Below are positions 8,347 through 15,843 of a stretch of DNA of 32,000 bases, piece after piece. How positions within the stretch are numbered: position 1 is the first letter of the stretch; every line of letters begins with the position of its first letter. The notes beneath the pieces were generated by a model that did no database searches, had not been told where the DNA came from, and saw only the letters and a program-made list of their open reading frames with translations. Source of the stretch: Candidatus Bathyarchaeota archaeon (GTDB taxonomy: Archaea; Thermoproteota; Bathyarchaeia; TCS64; B23); NCBI GenBank assembly GCA_937898665.1, contig CALEIY010000127.1, positions 9,810 through 41,809 of the forward strand. Direction: 5' to 3'. A program made the position numbers and the translations under genes.

Positions 8347-9126
8347 ATGGGAGTCGTAGAGGAGCTCCTAGAGAGGATAGAGGATGAGAGGGTCGACGAT
8401 CTAACCGTGGAGGAGGCGATTCTAGGCGTCGGATACACGGCCGTCAGGATAGACTCGGGGGATGTAGGCCTATGCCACTCACTTCTAGGGGAGAACCCCT
8501 GTCCCAGGGGAATATCGAAGAGGGCGGGCACCCTCAGAGATATGAAAGCCCTAGAGCTTGCGAGGCTCGCCGCCTCCCAAGACCTAAGTGAGAGGGTCGT
8601 CGGAATGGCGGCCCTAAACGCATTGGCGCATCACATCTTCCAGGAGCATCGATACAGGGTTTGGAGGGGGAACCTCCTCCCACATCTGCTGAGGGAGATT
8701 AAACCCAGCGACACAGTAGTCCTCATAGGCTACATAAGGCCCTTCGAAAAACCCCTGAGGGAGGCATCCTCCAAACTCATAATCCTCGAGAACGATCCCA
8801 CGAGGAGGGGGAGGGCGCTGCCAGGCTCTGAGGCTCCGAGGATCCTCCCCGAGGCCGACATCGTGGTGATCACCGGCAGCAGCATAGCAAATGGAAGCAT
8901 AGACGAGATTCTCAGCCTCTCCCAGGATGCGAGGTTTAAAGCCGTTGTCGGAGCCTCAACGCCGCTCCTCCCCGACCCCCTCTTCGACAGAGGCGTAGAC
9001 GCAGTTGGAGCCTTGAGGGTTGTAGACGCCGACAGCCTCATGCAGATCGTAGCTGAGGGAGGGGGAACTAGGGAGATCAGGAGGGCTGTAAACTACCTCA
9101 ACCTCGCTCCCATCGACGGCTGTTAG
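8347..9126 (+). CDS. DUF4213/DUF364 protein (Rossmann-like 'putative heavy-metal chelation' family)
   Basis: N-terminal ILGVGYTAVRIDSGDVGLCHS matches the DUF4213 pattern. C-terminal ADIVVITGSSIANGSIDEIL...VVGASTPLLPDPLFDRGVDAVGALRVVD matches the DUF364 pattern. Both are recalled from Pfam families. Confidence 0.75.
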   Translation: MGVVEELLERIEDERVDDLTVEEAILGVGYTAVRIDSGDVGLCHSLLGENPCPRGISKRAGTLRDMKALELARLAASQDLSERVVGMAALNALAHHIFQEHRYRVWRGNLLPHLLREIKPSDTVVLIGYIRPFEKPLREASSKLIILENDPTRRGRALPGSEAPRILPEADIVVITGSSIANGSIDEILSLSQDARFKAVVGASTPLLPDPLFDRGVDAVGALRVVDADSLMQIVAEGGGTREIRRAVNYLNLAPIDGC

Positions 9127-10295
9127 ACCTTGACGCTGAACTTCAGGATCGCCAGCCCCACGGCTGAGATGATGAGGGAGAGGGGGAAGATGGCGGGGAG
9201 GCCGTAGACCTCAGCGATTAGGGAGGCGAGCGTCGGCGATAAAGCCCCCATGACGCTTGGGGGGAGGAAGAGGAGGCTGTAAGCTAGGCCTCTATGGCTG
9301 CTGGGTGAGAGCCTAGCGATGATGGAGGAGTTGGCCGGCATACCCAGGGTGGTGAGGAAGCCATAGAGGATGTAGAGGGGAGTGAAGATCAGGGGTGTAG
9401 GCGCGACCGCCGCGAGGGCTATGGAGATATAGGCCCCAGAGAGGGTGAGGAGGAGCCAACGCTTCTCCCCAAACCTCGATGCGAGGAATCCTCCGAGGGG
9501 GGCGGCGAAGATGCCTACTAGGGAGGAGGCTCCATACACGATGCTTGAGACCGCCTGACTCAGCTGTCTAACATCGACGAGGTATAGGGTGATGAAGGAT
9601 GCGATCATCTGACCCCCCATGGTTCTGAGGGAGACGAAGAGGAGGAAGAGGATGAAGCTGAGACTCAACATGCTCGAAGCCTCCTCCACCTCCTCCAACT
9701 CCTCCCCAACATCGAGCTTGGGTTCATATCTGATGGGGAGGATCGAGATGATGCCTACAAGTATAGGTATCAGCCAGAAGAGGTAGACACCCCTCCAGGT
9801 GATGGGGAGGAGCGCCATCAACAGGCCGGCGGATATGGGGCCGAGGGAGAGGCCGAGCGTCCCACCGGCCCCCTGAATCCCAAGGGCCTTGGGGCGATCC
9901 CTCGGGGAGAAAAGCTTTGAAACCAGGCTATAGGCTGCGGGATGATAGATTGCGCTGTTCATATAGACGAGGGAGACGGCGGCCACCAGCATCCAGGGAT
10001 TCATCGACCTCCAGGCCAATAGGCTGCCGAGGGCCGCGATGGAGAGGTTCAGGAGTATCATCCTCTTAGATCCGAATCGATCGGCGAGGAAGCCCATGGG
10101 CAGCGTTAAGAAGGCCTGAATCAGAGGCGGAATCGACGCCATCAACCCCAACTCCCTCAACGAGAGCCTATACTCCTCCCTTATGATGGGGAAGAGGGCG
10201 ATGTGAACCCTCTGGAGGACATGGGTCAGCATGTGGGCTAGGGTGACGGCGAAGAGGGAGTAGCTGAGGATCGAGAGCTTCTCATCCCTCCTCAA
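9123..10295 (-). CDS. MFS transporter
   Basis: About 12 TM segments, with an MFS loop 2-3 signature GFLADRFGSKRM and a second-half equivalent GGFLASRFGEKRW. TTG start. Its 3' end overlaps the DUF364 gene by 4 nt. Confidence 0.85.
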   Translation of the reverse strand: MRRDEKLSILSYSLFAVTLAHMLTHVLQRVHIALFPIIREEYRLSLRELGLMASIPPLIQAFLTLPMGFLADRFGSKRMILLNLSIAALGSLLAWRSMNPWMLVAAVSLVYMNSAIYHPAAYSLVSKLFSPRDRPKALGIQGAGGTLGLSLGPISAGLLMALLPITWRGVYLFWLIPILVGIISILPIRYEPKLDVGEELEEVEEASSMLSLSFILFLLFVSLRTMGGQMIASFITLYLVDVRQLSQAVSSIVYGASSLVGIFAAPLGGFLASRFGEKRWLLLTLSGAYISIALAAVAPTPLIFTPLYILYGFLTTLGMPANSSIIARLSPSSHRGLAYSLLFLPPSVMGALSPTLASLIAEVYGLPAIFPLSLIISAVGLAILKFSVKV

Positions 10296-10336
10296 GGCTC
10301 AGGCCCCGAAAGAGTCTTCTAAGACTCCACACACTT

Positions 10337-10346
10337 CTATTTTAAG
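10337..10346 (+). promoter_or_regulatory. TATA-like box upstream of the HD-domain gene
   Basis: CTATTTTAAG is centred about 23-26 nt upstream of ATG 10365/10368. Confidence 0.4.
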
Positions 10347-10364
10347 TCTGCTGAGGTGGGGAGC

Positions 10365-10916
10365 ATGATGACGAGAGCCGAAGCCCTGGAGAGGGTTCGA
10401 AGGCATGTGAAGAATGAGAGGCTTGTGAAACATATGATCGCAGTCTCAGCCATAATGAGGGGCCTCGCCCAACATCTAGGTGGAGACCCAGACCTCTGGG
10501 AACTAGTCGGCCTACTCCACGACATAGATTATGAGGAGGTTGGCGGAGACATGAGGCGGCATGGACTGCTCTCCGCCGAGATGGTATCCGACGTGCTGCC
10601 GGAGGAGGCGCTCCACGCCATAAGGGCGCACAACGAGCTGACAGGCGTCGAGGCTAAAAGCCCCATGGACATCGCCCTCATAGCCGCCGACGCCCTCTCA
10701 GGCCTCATAGTCGCCACAGCGCTGATGATGCCGGATAAGCGGGTGGCCACCGTCAAGGTTCGAAGCCTGAAGAAGAAGTTTAAGGATAAATCCTTCGCAA
10801 GAGGCGTAGATCGAAGCCGCATCAGGAGATGCGAGGAGCTAGGCCTCACCCTAGAGGAATTCTTCGACCTCGGCTTAAAGGCGATGAGAGGCGTCAGCGA
10901 GGAACTCGGCCTATAA
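10365..10916 (+). CDS. HD-domain metal-dependent phosphohydrolase
   Basis: H...HD signature (VKHMIAV...LLHDIDYE) with downstream H/D residues (IRAHN, AADAL). ATG 10365 is preferred over the ORF-track GTG 10356 on TATA spacing. Confidence 0.75.
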   Translation: MMTRAEALERVRRHVKNERLVKHMIAVSAIMRGLAQHLGGDPDLWELVGLLHDIDYEEVGGDMRRHGLLSAEMVSDVLPEEALHAIRAHNELTGVEAKSPMDIALIAADALSGLIVATALMMPDKRVATVKVRSLKKKFKDKSFARGVDRSRIRRCEELGLTLEEFFDLGLKAMRGVSEELGL

Positions 10917-11042
10917 ACCCACCGCGGGGAGACAGATCTGACAGCCACCATCCAATAACATAACGCCCACGAGGCTTAGAGGCTATGAGGGGAGGAGCTC
11001 CTCAACATATCATGACATCAATGAATCAAGAAAGGGGGACGC

Positions 11043-12719
11043 TCACTCAGCTTCATAGACGGTTTTTCCGCCGAGGATTGTTCTCAGCACCTTAATCGAC
11101 TTGATCTCGTCGATGGGGCAGGTTAGGATGTCTCGGTCGATGACGATGATGTCAGCCAGCTTCCCAGGCTCAAGGCTCCCCTTAAGATGCTCCTCGAAGC
11201 TGAGATAGGCTGCGTTGATGGTATACATCCTAATCGCCTCCTCCCTGCCGACGCACTGCTCGCCGCCCAGCTGCCTTCCGCCTTCCGTCCTCCGAGTTAT
11301 GGCGGCCCATAGGCTTACGAAGGGGTTGTAATGGGTGACTGGGGCGTCGGTCCCCGCCGCGACCACTATGCCATGGTCGATCCAAGCCCTATGGGGTTTG
11401 GCCCAGCTGGCCCTCTCGGCTCCGACGTTCTCGTAGAAGCTGTCGCCGAGGTAGTATAGGAAGCTGGGCTGGGAGGCGACAACAACTCCGAGGCGTCGAC
11501 ACTGCTCAAAGTTCTCCTCACTCGGCAGATAGGCGTGGATCAACGTGAACCTCCTACCCTTAATGCGCCTCTTCCTATCCGTCTCCTCGAAGGCTTTTAG
11601 GACGAGGTCTATGGCCCTGCCACCGGCGCAGTGGACGCCTACGGTCATGTCGTGGAGATTCGCCTCGTCGATGAGTCTCTGAAGCTTCTCCAGGGGCATC
11701 GTCTGAACCCCATAGTTGTCGGGTTCGCCCTCATAGGGTTCTCTGAGCAGCGCCGTCCGACCCCCTATGCCGCCGTCTATCACCAGTTTTAGGCCGAGAA
11801 ATCGGAGCATCTCGTCGCCGAAGCCCGTTGAGAGGGGGAAATCCCTGATGCGCTTTAAACTCTCCTCCAATGGCTCATCGCCCTCTACGCCCCTCAGCAT
11901 CATGTTCACCCTCACCGTGAGGCCTCCCTCGGCCCTAGCCCTCTGATAGGCCCTCATATCCTCAGCGGTTATCCCAGGCTCGATGACGCCTGTGATGCCG
12001 ACCTCATTTAGGGCTCTACAAGCCCTCTTTATGGCCTCCACCTTCCTCTCGAAGCTCGGCTGGGGGATATGTCTCTGAACAAGCCAGAAGGCTGGCCGCT
12101 CTAATAGAACCCCCGTTGGTTCACCATCCTCATCCTTAACGATGACCCCTCCCTCGGGCTGGGGAGTGTCTCGGTCTATGCCCGCGATCTCCAGAGCCTT
12201 GCTGTTGACTACGACGACGTGGCCGCAGGTTCTGATGAGATATACGGGATTATTGGGAGCCGCCTCATCGAGATCCCATCGATTCGGAAATCTATGCTCC
12301 TCCAGCTTCGACTGGTCCCATCCACGGCCTATGATCCACTCCCCTGGGCCAAGCTCCTTAGCCCTCTCCCTCACCGCCTCCACGATATCCCTGATAGACC
12401 TCATCGGAGGCGTTGAGCAGTTTATCCAGAACATGGTTAGGCCGAGGCTCAGCAGGTGGATGTGAGAATCTATAAGGCCTGGGAGGACAGTTTTCCCCTC
12501 TAGATCTATGACCTCCGTCTCCTCATCGATGTAGCGTTTAACCTCCTCATTTGAACCTACAGCCATTATCCGCCCATCCCTCACGGCGACGGCCTCGGCG
12601 ATGGTGAAATCCCCATCCACGGTGATTATCTTCCCGTTGAGGAGAACCAGATCAGCCTTACAGGGTTCCTTAATCGACATCTCATGAATTAGGATGCCCA
12701 TAGGGGCTTTAAGGTTCAC
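11043..12719 (-). CDS. Metal-dependent amidohydrolase, YtcJ-like (Amidohydro_3 family), paralog 2
   Basis: Same architecture as 5024-6586 (LPGLIDSHIHL, GVHCAGG, AAGTDAP, GSLEPGKLADI). GTG 12719 overlaps the upstream regulator stop (GTGA). ATG 12680 (MSIKEPCKADLVLLNGKI) is an alternative start. Confidence 0.9.
   Translation of the reverse strand: MNLKAPMGILIHEMSIKEPCKADLVLLNGKIITVDGDFTIAEAVAVRDGRIMAVGSNEEVKRYIDEETEVIDLEGKTVLPGLIDSHIHLLSLGLTMFWINCSTPPMRSIRDIVEAVRERAKELGPGEWIIGRGWDQSKLEEHRFPNRWDLDEAAPNNPVYLIRTCGHVVVVNSKALEIAGIDRDTPQPEGGVIVKDEDGEPTGVLLERPAFWLVQRHIPQPSFERKVEAIKRACRALNEVGITGVIEPGITAEDMRAYQRARAEGGLTVRVNMMLRGVEGDEPLEESLKRIRDFPLSTGFGDEMLRFLGLKLVIDGGIGGRTALLREPYEGEPDNYGVQTMPLEKLQRLIDEANLHDMTVGVHCAGGRAIDLVLKAFEETDRKRRIKGRRFTLIHAYLPSEENFEQCRRLGVVVASQPSFLYYLGDSFYENVGAERASWAKPHRAWIDHGIVVAAGTDAPVTHYNPFVSLWAAITRRTEGGRQLGGEQCVGREEAIRMYTINAAYLSFEEHLKGSLEPGKLADIIVIDRDILTCPIDEIKSIKVLRTILGGKTVYEAE
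11155..11202. repeat. 48-nt perfect inverted identity tract (partner 6430..6477)
   Basis: Reverse complement is identical to 6430-6477. Confidence 0.9.
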
Positions 12720-13180
12720 CCCAGGAGTAGGGTCAGCTCCTCCACCCTGAGTTCAGGTATAAGGCTTCGGCCATGCCTCCTCAACCTTATGAAGCCCAGC
12801 TCCTCCAGGGCTTTTAGGTCGAGGTAGACATTCTTCACATCCCTCCTGAGATGCTCAGCCAGCTCGCTTATTGAGGAGAACCTCATCCTGGAGAGGGCGT
12901 CTAGGAGCTCCAGCCTCTTAGGCGTCAGCTTCGAGAGATCCTCAGCCGGCAGCTCCCACGTCTCCTCCACATAGTATTCCGACTCCCCCTCCTCATCGTA
13001 TGCCCTCAAGGCATTCATCATCCCAGACCACTCAAGATAATCCTCAAGGCGCTCTATCCACCCCTCCACCGAGCGGTCGGAGGGTTCGGTGAGGCTCCCC
13101 CCATACTTCCTCTCCAGCTCCCTTATACGCCGGCGAACCTCCTCCACCGTCAGCCTCCTCAAAACCCTTATCCTCATCAT
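12716..13180 (-). CDS. Winged-helix DNA-binding protein (COG4190/HVO_A0114-like C-terminal wHTH)
   Basis: C-terminal LTPKRLELLDALSRMRFSSISELAEHLRRDVKNVYLDLKALEELGFIRL matches the archaeal COG4190-type wHTH pattern as I recall it. The roughly 85-aa N-terminal part is not recognised. ATG 13180 lies 26 nt from the TTATAA element. Confidence 0.7.
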   Translation of the reverse strand: MMRIRVLRRLTVEEVRRRIRELERKYGGSLTEPSDRSVEGWIERLEDYLEWSGMMNALRAYDEEGESEYYVEETWELPAEDLSKLTPKRLELLDALSRMRFSSISELAEHLRRDVKNVYLDLKALEELGFIRLRRHGRSLIPELRVEELTLLLG

Positions 13181-13202
13181 TTTGGTTTAGAAGCCAAAAA
13201 TC

Positions 13203-13210
13203 TTTATAAG
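13203..13210. promoter_or_regulatory. Shared TATA-like element between the divergent wHTH regulator gene and rtcB
   Basis: TTTATAAG (palindromic core TTATAA) sits in a 59-nt divergent spacer, about 26 nt from ATG 13180 on the minus strand and about 34 nt from ATG 13240 on the plus strand. Confidence 0.45.
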
Positions 13211-13239
13211 CCCTCCCTCTGAGAGAAGGGTTGAGGCCT

Positions 13240-14688
13240 ATGGGTTATCCCATCAACCGATTGGGGGACTTCATCTGGGAGATCCCTAAGAGCGCTGATC
13301 CTAGGATGAATGTCCCAACCAGGATATACGCCGACGACGCCCTCCTTAAGGGTATGACGAAGGATGCGACGATAAAGCAGGGCGTCGACGTGGCACAGCT
13401 TCCAGGGATATTGAAGTATAGCATCATACTCCCCGACGGCCATCAGGGCTACGGCTTCCCCATCGGAGGCGTAGCGGCCTTCGACGCCGAGGAGGGAGTC
13501 ATCTCCCCAGGTGGAGTAGGCTACGACATAAACTGCGGAGTGAGACTCATCAGAACAGACCTCACCTACGATGAGGTGAAGCCAAAGCTTGGGGAGCTCA
13601 TCGACACCATCTTCAGGCTTGTCCCCTGCGGCGTGGGCGTCGGAAGCAAGCTGAAGCTATCAACACGCGAGCTGGACAACGCCGTAGTCGAGGGTGTGAA
13701 GTGGGCGATAGACCACGGCTACGGCTGGGAGGGAGATGAGAAGCATATGGAGGAGGGCGGCTGCATGAAGGAGGCGAATCCGGAGAAGGTCTCCAACAGG
13801 GCTAAGCAGAGGGGAGCCGGACAGCTCGGCACTCTGGGAGCTGGAAACCACTTCCTCGAGGTGGCGAGGGTCGCCGAGGTCTATGATGAGCGCGTCGCTA
13901 AGGCCTTTGGGATCACGGGGCCTGGACAGGTGGTCATATGGATACACACCGGATCGAGGGGGTATGGCCATCAGATCGCCAGCGACTATATACGGATAAT
14001 GGATAGGGCTGCGAGGAGATATGGCATAAGGCTTCCTTCACGGGAGCTGGTCTGCGCACCGGTGAAGAGCCGTGAGGCTGAGGACTACTTCCAGGCGATG
14101 GCCTGCGCCATAAACTGGGCCTTCATCAACAGGCACATCATAATGCACCAGGTTCGCAGGGCCTTCGAGGAGGTCTTTAAGAGGCCGGCTGAGGATATGG
14201 GTATGCACCTAGTCTATGGCATGACTCATAACACGGCGAAGAGGGAGTGGCACATCGTCGACGGTAAGAGGCGTCTCGTCATAGTCCATAGGAAGGGGGC
14301 CTCAAGGGCCTTCGGCCCTGGGAGGGAGGACCTGCCGCAGGATTATAGAGGCATCGGCCAGCCCGTCCTCCTCGTCGGAACAATGGGGACGGCGAGCTAT
14401 CTCCTCGTGGGAACGGAGAAGGCTGAGGAGATCTCCTTCGCCAGCACGGCTCACGGCGCTGGGAGAGTCCTCTCCAGAGCTGCGGCTCGGAGACGATTCA
14501 CTGCGAGCAGCGTCATCTCTGCGTTGAAGAGGAAGGGAATCATCGTCAGGGCCGCCAGCGGCCGAGTTGTCGAGGAGGAGACCCCTGAGGGCTACAAGGA
14601 CATCCACAGGGTTGCCGAGGTAAGCCATAGACTGGGCATAGGGACGAAGGTGATGATGACTGTCCCCATAGCTGTCGCCAAGGGCTAG
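13240..14688 (+). CDS. rtcB: RNA-splicing ligase RtcB (3'-phosphate/5'-OH tRNA ligase)
   Basis: Diagnostic RtcB motifs GYDINCGVRL, GAGNHFLEV, HTGSRGYGHQIA, GTMGTASYLLVG and STAHGAGR. There is no intein. ATG 13240 (MGYPINRL) is preferred over the ORF-track TTG 13231. Confidence 0.95.
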   Translation: MGYPINRLGDFIWEIPKSADPRMNVPTRIYADDALLKGMTKDATIKQGVDVAQLPGILKYSIILPDGHQGYGFPIGGVAAFDAEEGVISPGGVGYDINCGVRLIRTDLTYDEVKPKLGELIDTIFRLVPCGVGVGSKLKLSTRELDNAVVEGVKWAIDHGYGWEGDEKHMEEGGCMKEANPEKVSNRAKQRGAGQLGTLGAGNHFLEVARVAEVYDERVAKAFGITGPGQVVIWIHTGSRGYGHQIASDYIRIMDRAARRYGIRLPSRELVCAPVKSREAEDYFQAMACAINWAFINRHIIMHQVRRAFEEVFKRPAEDMGMHLVYGMTHNTAKREWHIVDGKRRLVIVHRKGASRAFGPGREDLPQDYRGIGQPVLLVGTMGTASYLLVGTEKAEEISFASTAHGAGRVLSRAAARRRFTASSVISALKRKGIIVRAASGRVVEEETPEGYKDIHRVAEVSHRLGIGTKVMMTVPIAVAKG

Positions 14689-14723
14689 CCAAATAAGGAG
14701 CAACACCCTCTTTATCCACGGCC

Positions 14724-15422
14724 TTGACGAGGAGTTTGAAGCCTCACCTATGGTTCACCCTCTATAGATTGATGAATATGGGGGCTGGAAGAAGGGAGAT
14801 AAGGGTCTCCACAACGGAGCTCTCCTCGGTGCTGGGATGCTCCCAGCAGTCAGCCTCCAGGCATCTGAGACTCCTCGAGCAGCTGGGCATGATAGAGAGA
14901 AGGGTTGGAGTCAACGGCAGCCATATAAGGATAACGGAGGAGGGGCTAAGAGCCCTATGGGAGGTCTACTATGGGCTTAGGAGGCAGCTGGAGGAGGGTG
15001 AATTGGAGACCTATATCTTCGAGGGCGTCGTATTCACAGGTCTCGGTGAAGGTGCCTACTACATCACTCGGGATGGATATAGGGAGCAGATAAGGGAGAA
15101 GCTGGGCTTTGATCCCTATCCTGGGACTCTCAACCTAAGATTGAGCGGGGGCTACATCGAGATGAAGCGGCGGCTGACCAGGATGCCAGCCATCATCCTG
15201 GAGGGCTTCAGAGATGAGGAGCGGAGCTTCGGCGCCGTGAGATGCTATCCAGCGGTCATAAACGATGACGTCGAGGGAGCTGTGGTAGTGGCCGATAGAA
15301 CAATCTATGACGACTCGGTGCTGGAGGTGATATCGCCTATATACCTGAGAAAGCACTTCAACCTCAGGGATGGAGACCTCGTCAGAGTCTACGCATCCAG
15401 TCCTCGACAATCTTCCTCTTAA
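14724..15422 (+). CDS. ribK: RbkR-type bifunctional protein: N-terminal wHTH plus CTP-dependent riboflavin kinase
   Basis: The C-terminal half (FEGVVFTGLGEGAYY..LGFDPYPGTLNLRL..NLRDGDLVRV) aligns with MJ0056-type CTP-dependent riboflavin kinase. The N-terminal approximately 95 aa (VSTTELSSVLGCSQQSASRHLRLLEQLGMIERR) is a wHTH, as in archaeal RbkR. TTG start has CAAATAAGG about 30 nt upstream. Confidence 0.85.
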   Translation: MTRSLKPHLWFTLYRLMNMGAGRREIRVSTTELSSVLGCSQQSASRHLRLLEQLGMIERRVGVNGSHIRITEEGLRALWEVYYGLRRQLEEGELETYIFEGVVFTGLGEGAYYITRDGYREQIREKLGFDPYPGTLNLRLSGGYIEMKRRLTRMPAIILEGFRDEERSFGAVRCYPAVINDDVEGAVVVADRTIYDDSVLEVISPIYLRKHFNLRDGDLVRVYASSPRQSSS

Positions 15423-15843
15423 TCTTAGAGGAGCTGCTCAACTCCTCATCGCCGAACCGCCCTATACGGACAACCTCGATGTCTAATCCCTTCTCCTCGA
15501 TGATGCGTCTAACCTCCCTCTCGATTCGCTCCTGATCATAGCCTACCGCGATGATGTCGGGCTTCACATGCTCCAGGACGGCCTCTAGATTCATCTCCTC
15601 ATAGCCGAGGAGGGCCTCATCGACGACCTTCAAGGCCTCGACGAGGGCTCTACGCTGATCCTCGGGGATGATGGGTCTCCTACCCTTCAGCCGTTCCACG
15701 GTTCGATCCCTCGCAACTATGACGACGAGTCTAGCATCGGGGCCTCCAAGCCTCTTAGCCTCCTCAAGGAAGCGGACATGGCCATAGTGGAGGAGGTCGA
15801 AGACTCCTGAGGCTAGAACCGTCTTACCCATAGGCCTCACCAC
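15382..15843 (-). CDS. ribL: FAD synthase RibL (FMN adenylyltransferase, cytidylyltransferase family)
   Basis: GVFDLLHYGHVRFLEEAK (HxGH) and IVARDRTVERLKGRRPIIPEDQRRALVEALKVVD closely follow Methanocaldococcus RibL. The start is GTG 15843 (7-nt overlap with dph5) or ATG 15831. Confidence 0.9.
   Translation of the reverse strand: MVRPMGKTVLASGVFDLLHYGHVRFLEEAKRLGGPDARLVVIVARDRTVERLKGRRPIIPEDQRRALVEALKVVDEALLGYEEMNLEAVLEHVKPDIIAVGYDQERIEREVRRIIEEKGLDIEVVRIGRFGDEELSSSSKIKRKIVEDWMRRL

Noticed and set aside
10917-11042. Possible C/D-box sRNA or other ncRNA in the 126-nt convergent gap, and the 12-bp palindrome GAGGAGCTCCTC (10992-11003)
   Set aside because: On neither strand could I find a RUGAUGA...CUGA arrangement with correct spacing. 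The palindrome has no loop and is too short to call a structured element. It may contribute to bidirectional termination, but that is unsupported.
12142-12465. Similar antisense peptides (MPAISRALLLT...) appear opposite both amidohydrolase paralogs, hinting at a conserved overlapping gene
   Set aside because: The similarity follows directly from the identical sense-strand nucleotide tracts (VNSKALEIAGI region). The antisense frames are otherwise low-complexity and unconserved.
5024-12719. Reading the inverted amidohydrolase pair as terminal inverted repeats of a mobile element or composite transposon
   Set aside because: The identity is confined to three short in-frame coding tracts. There is no transposase or integrase, no target-site duplication that I can see, and the composition matches the rest of the window.
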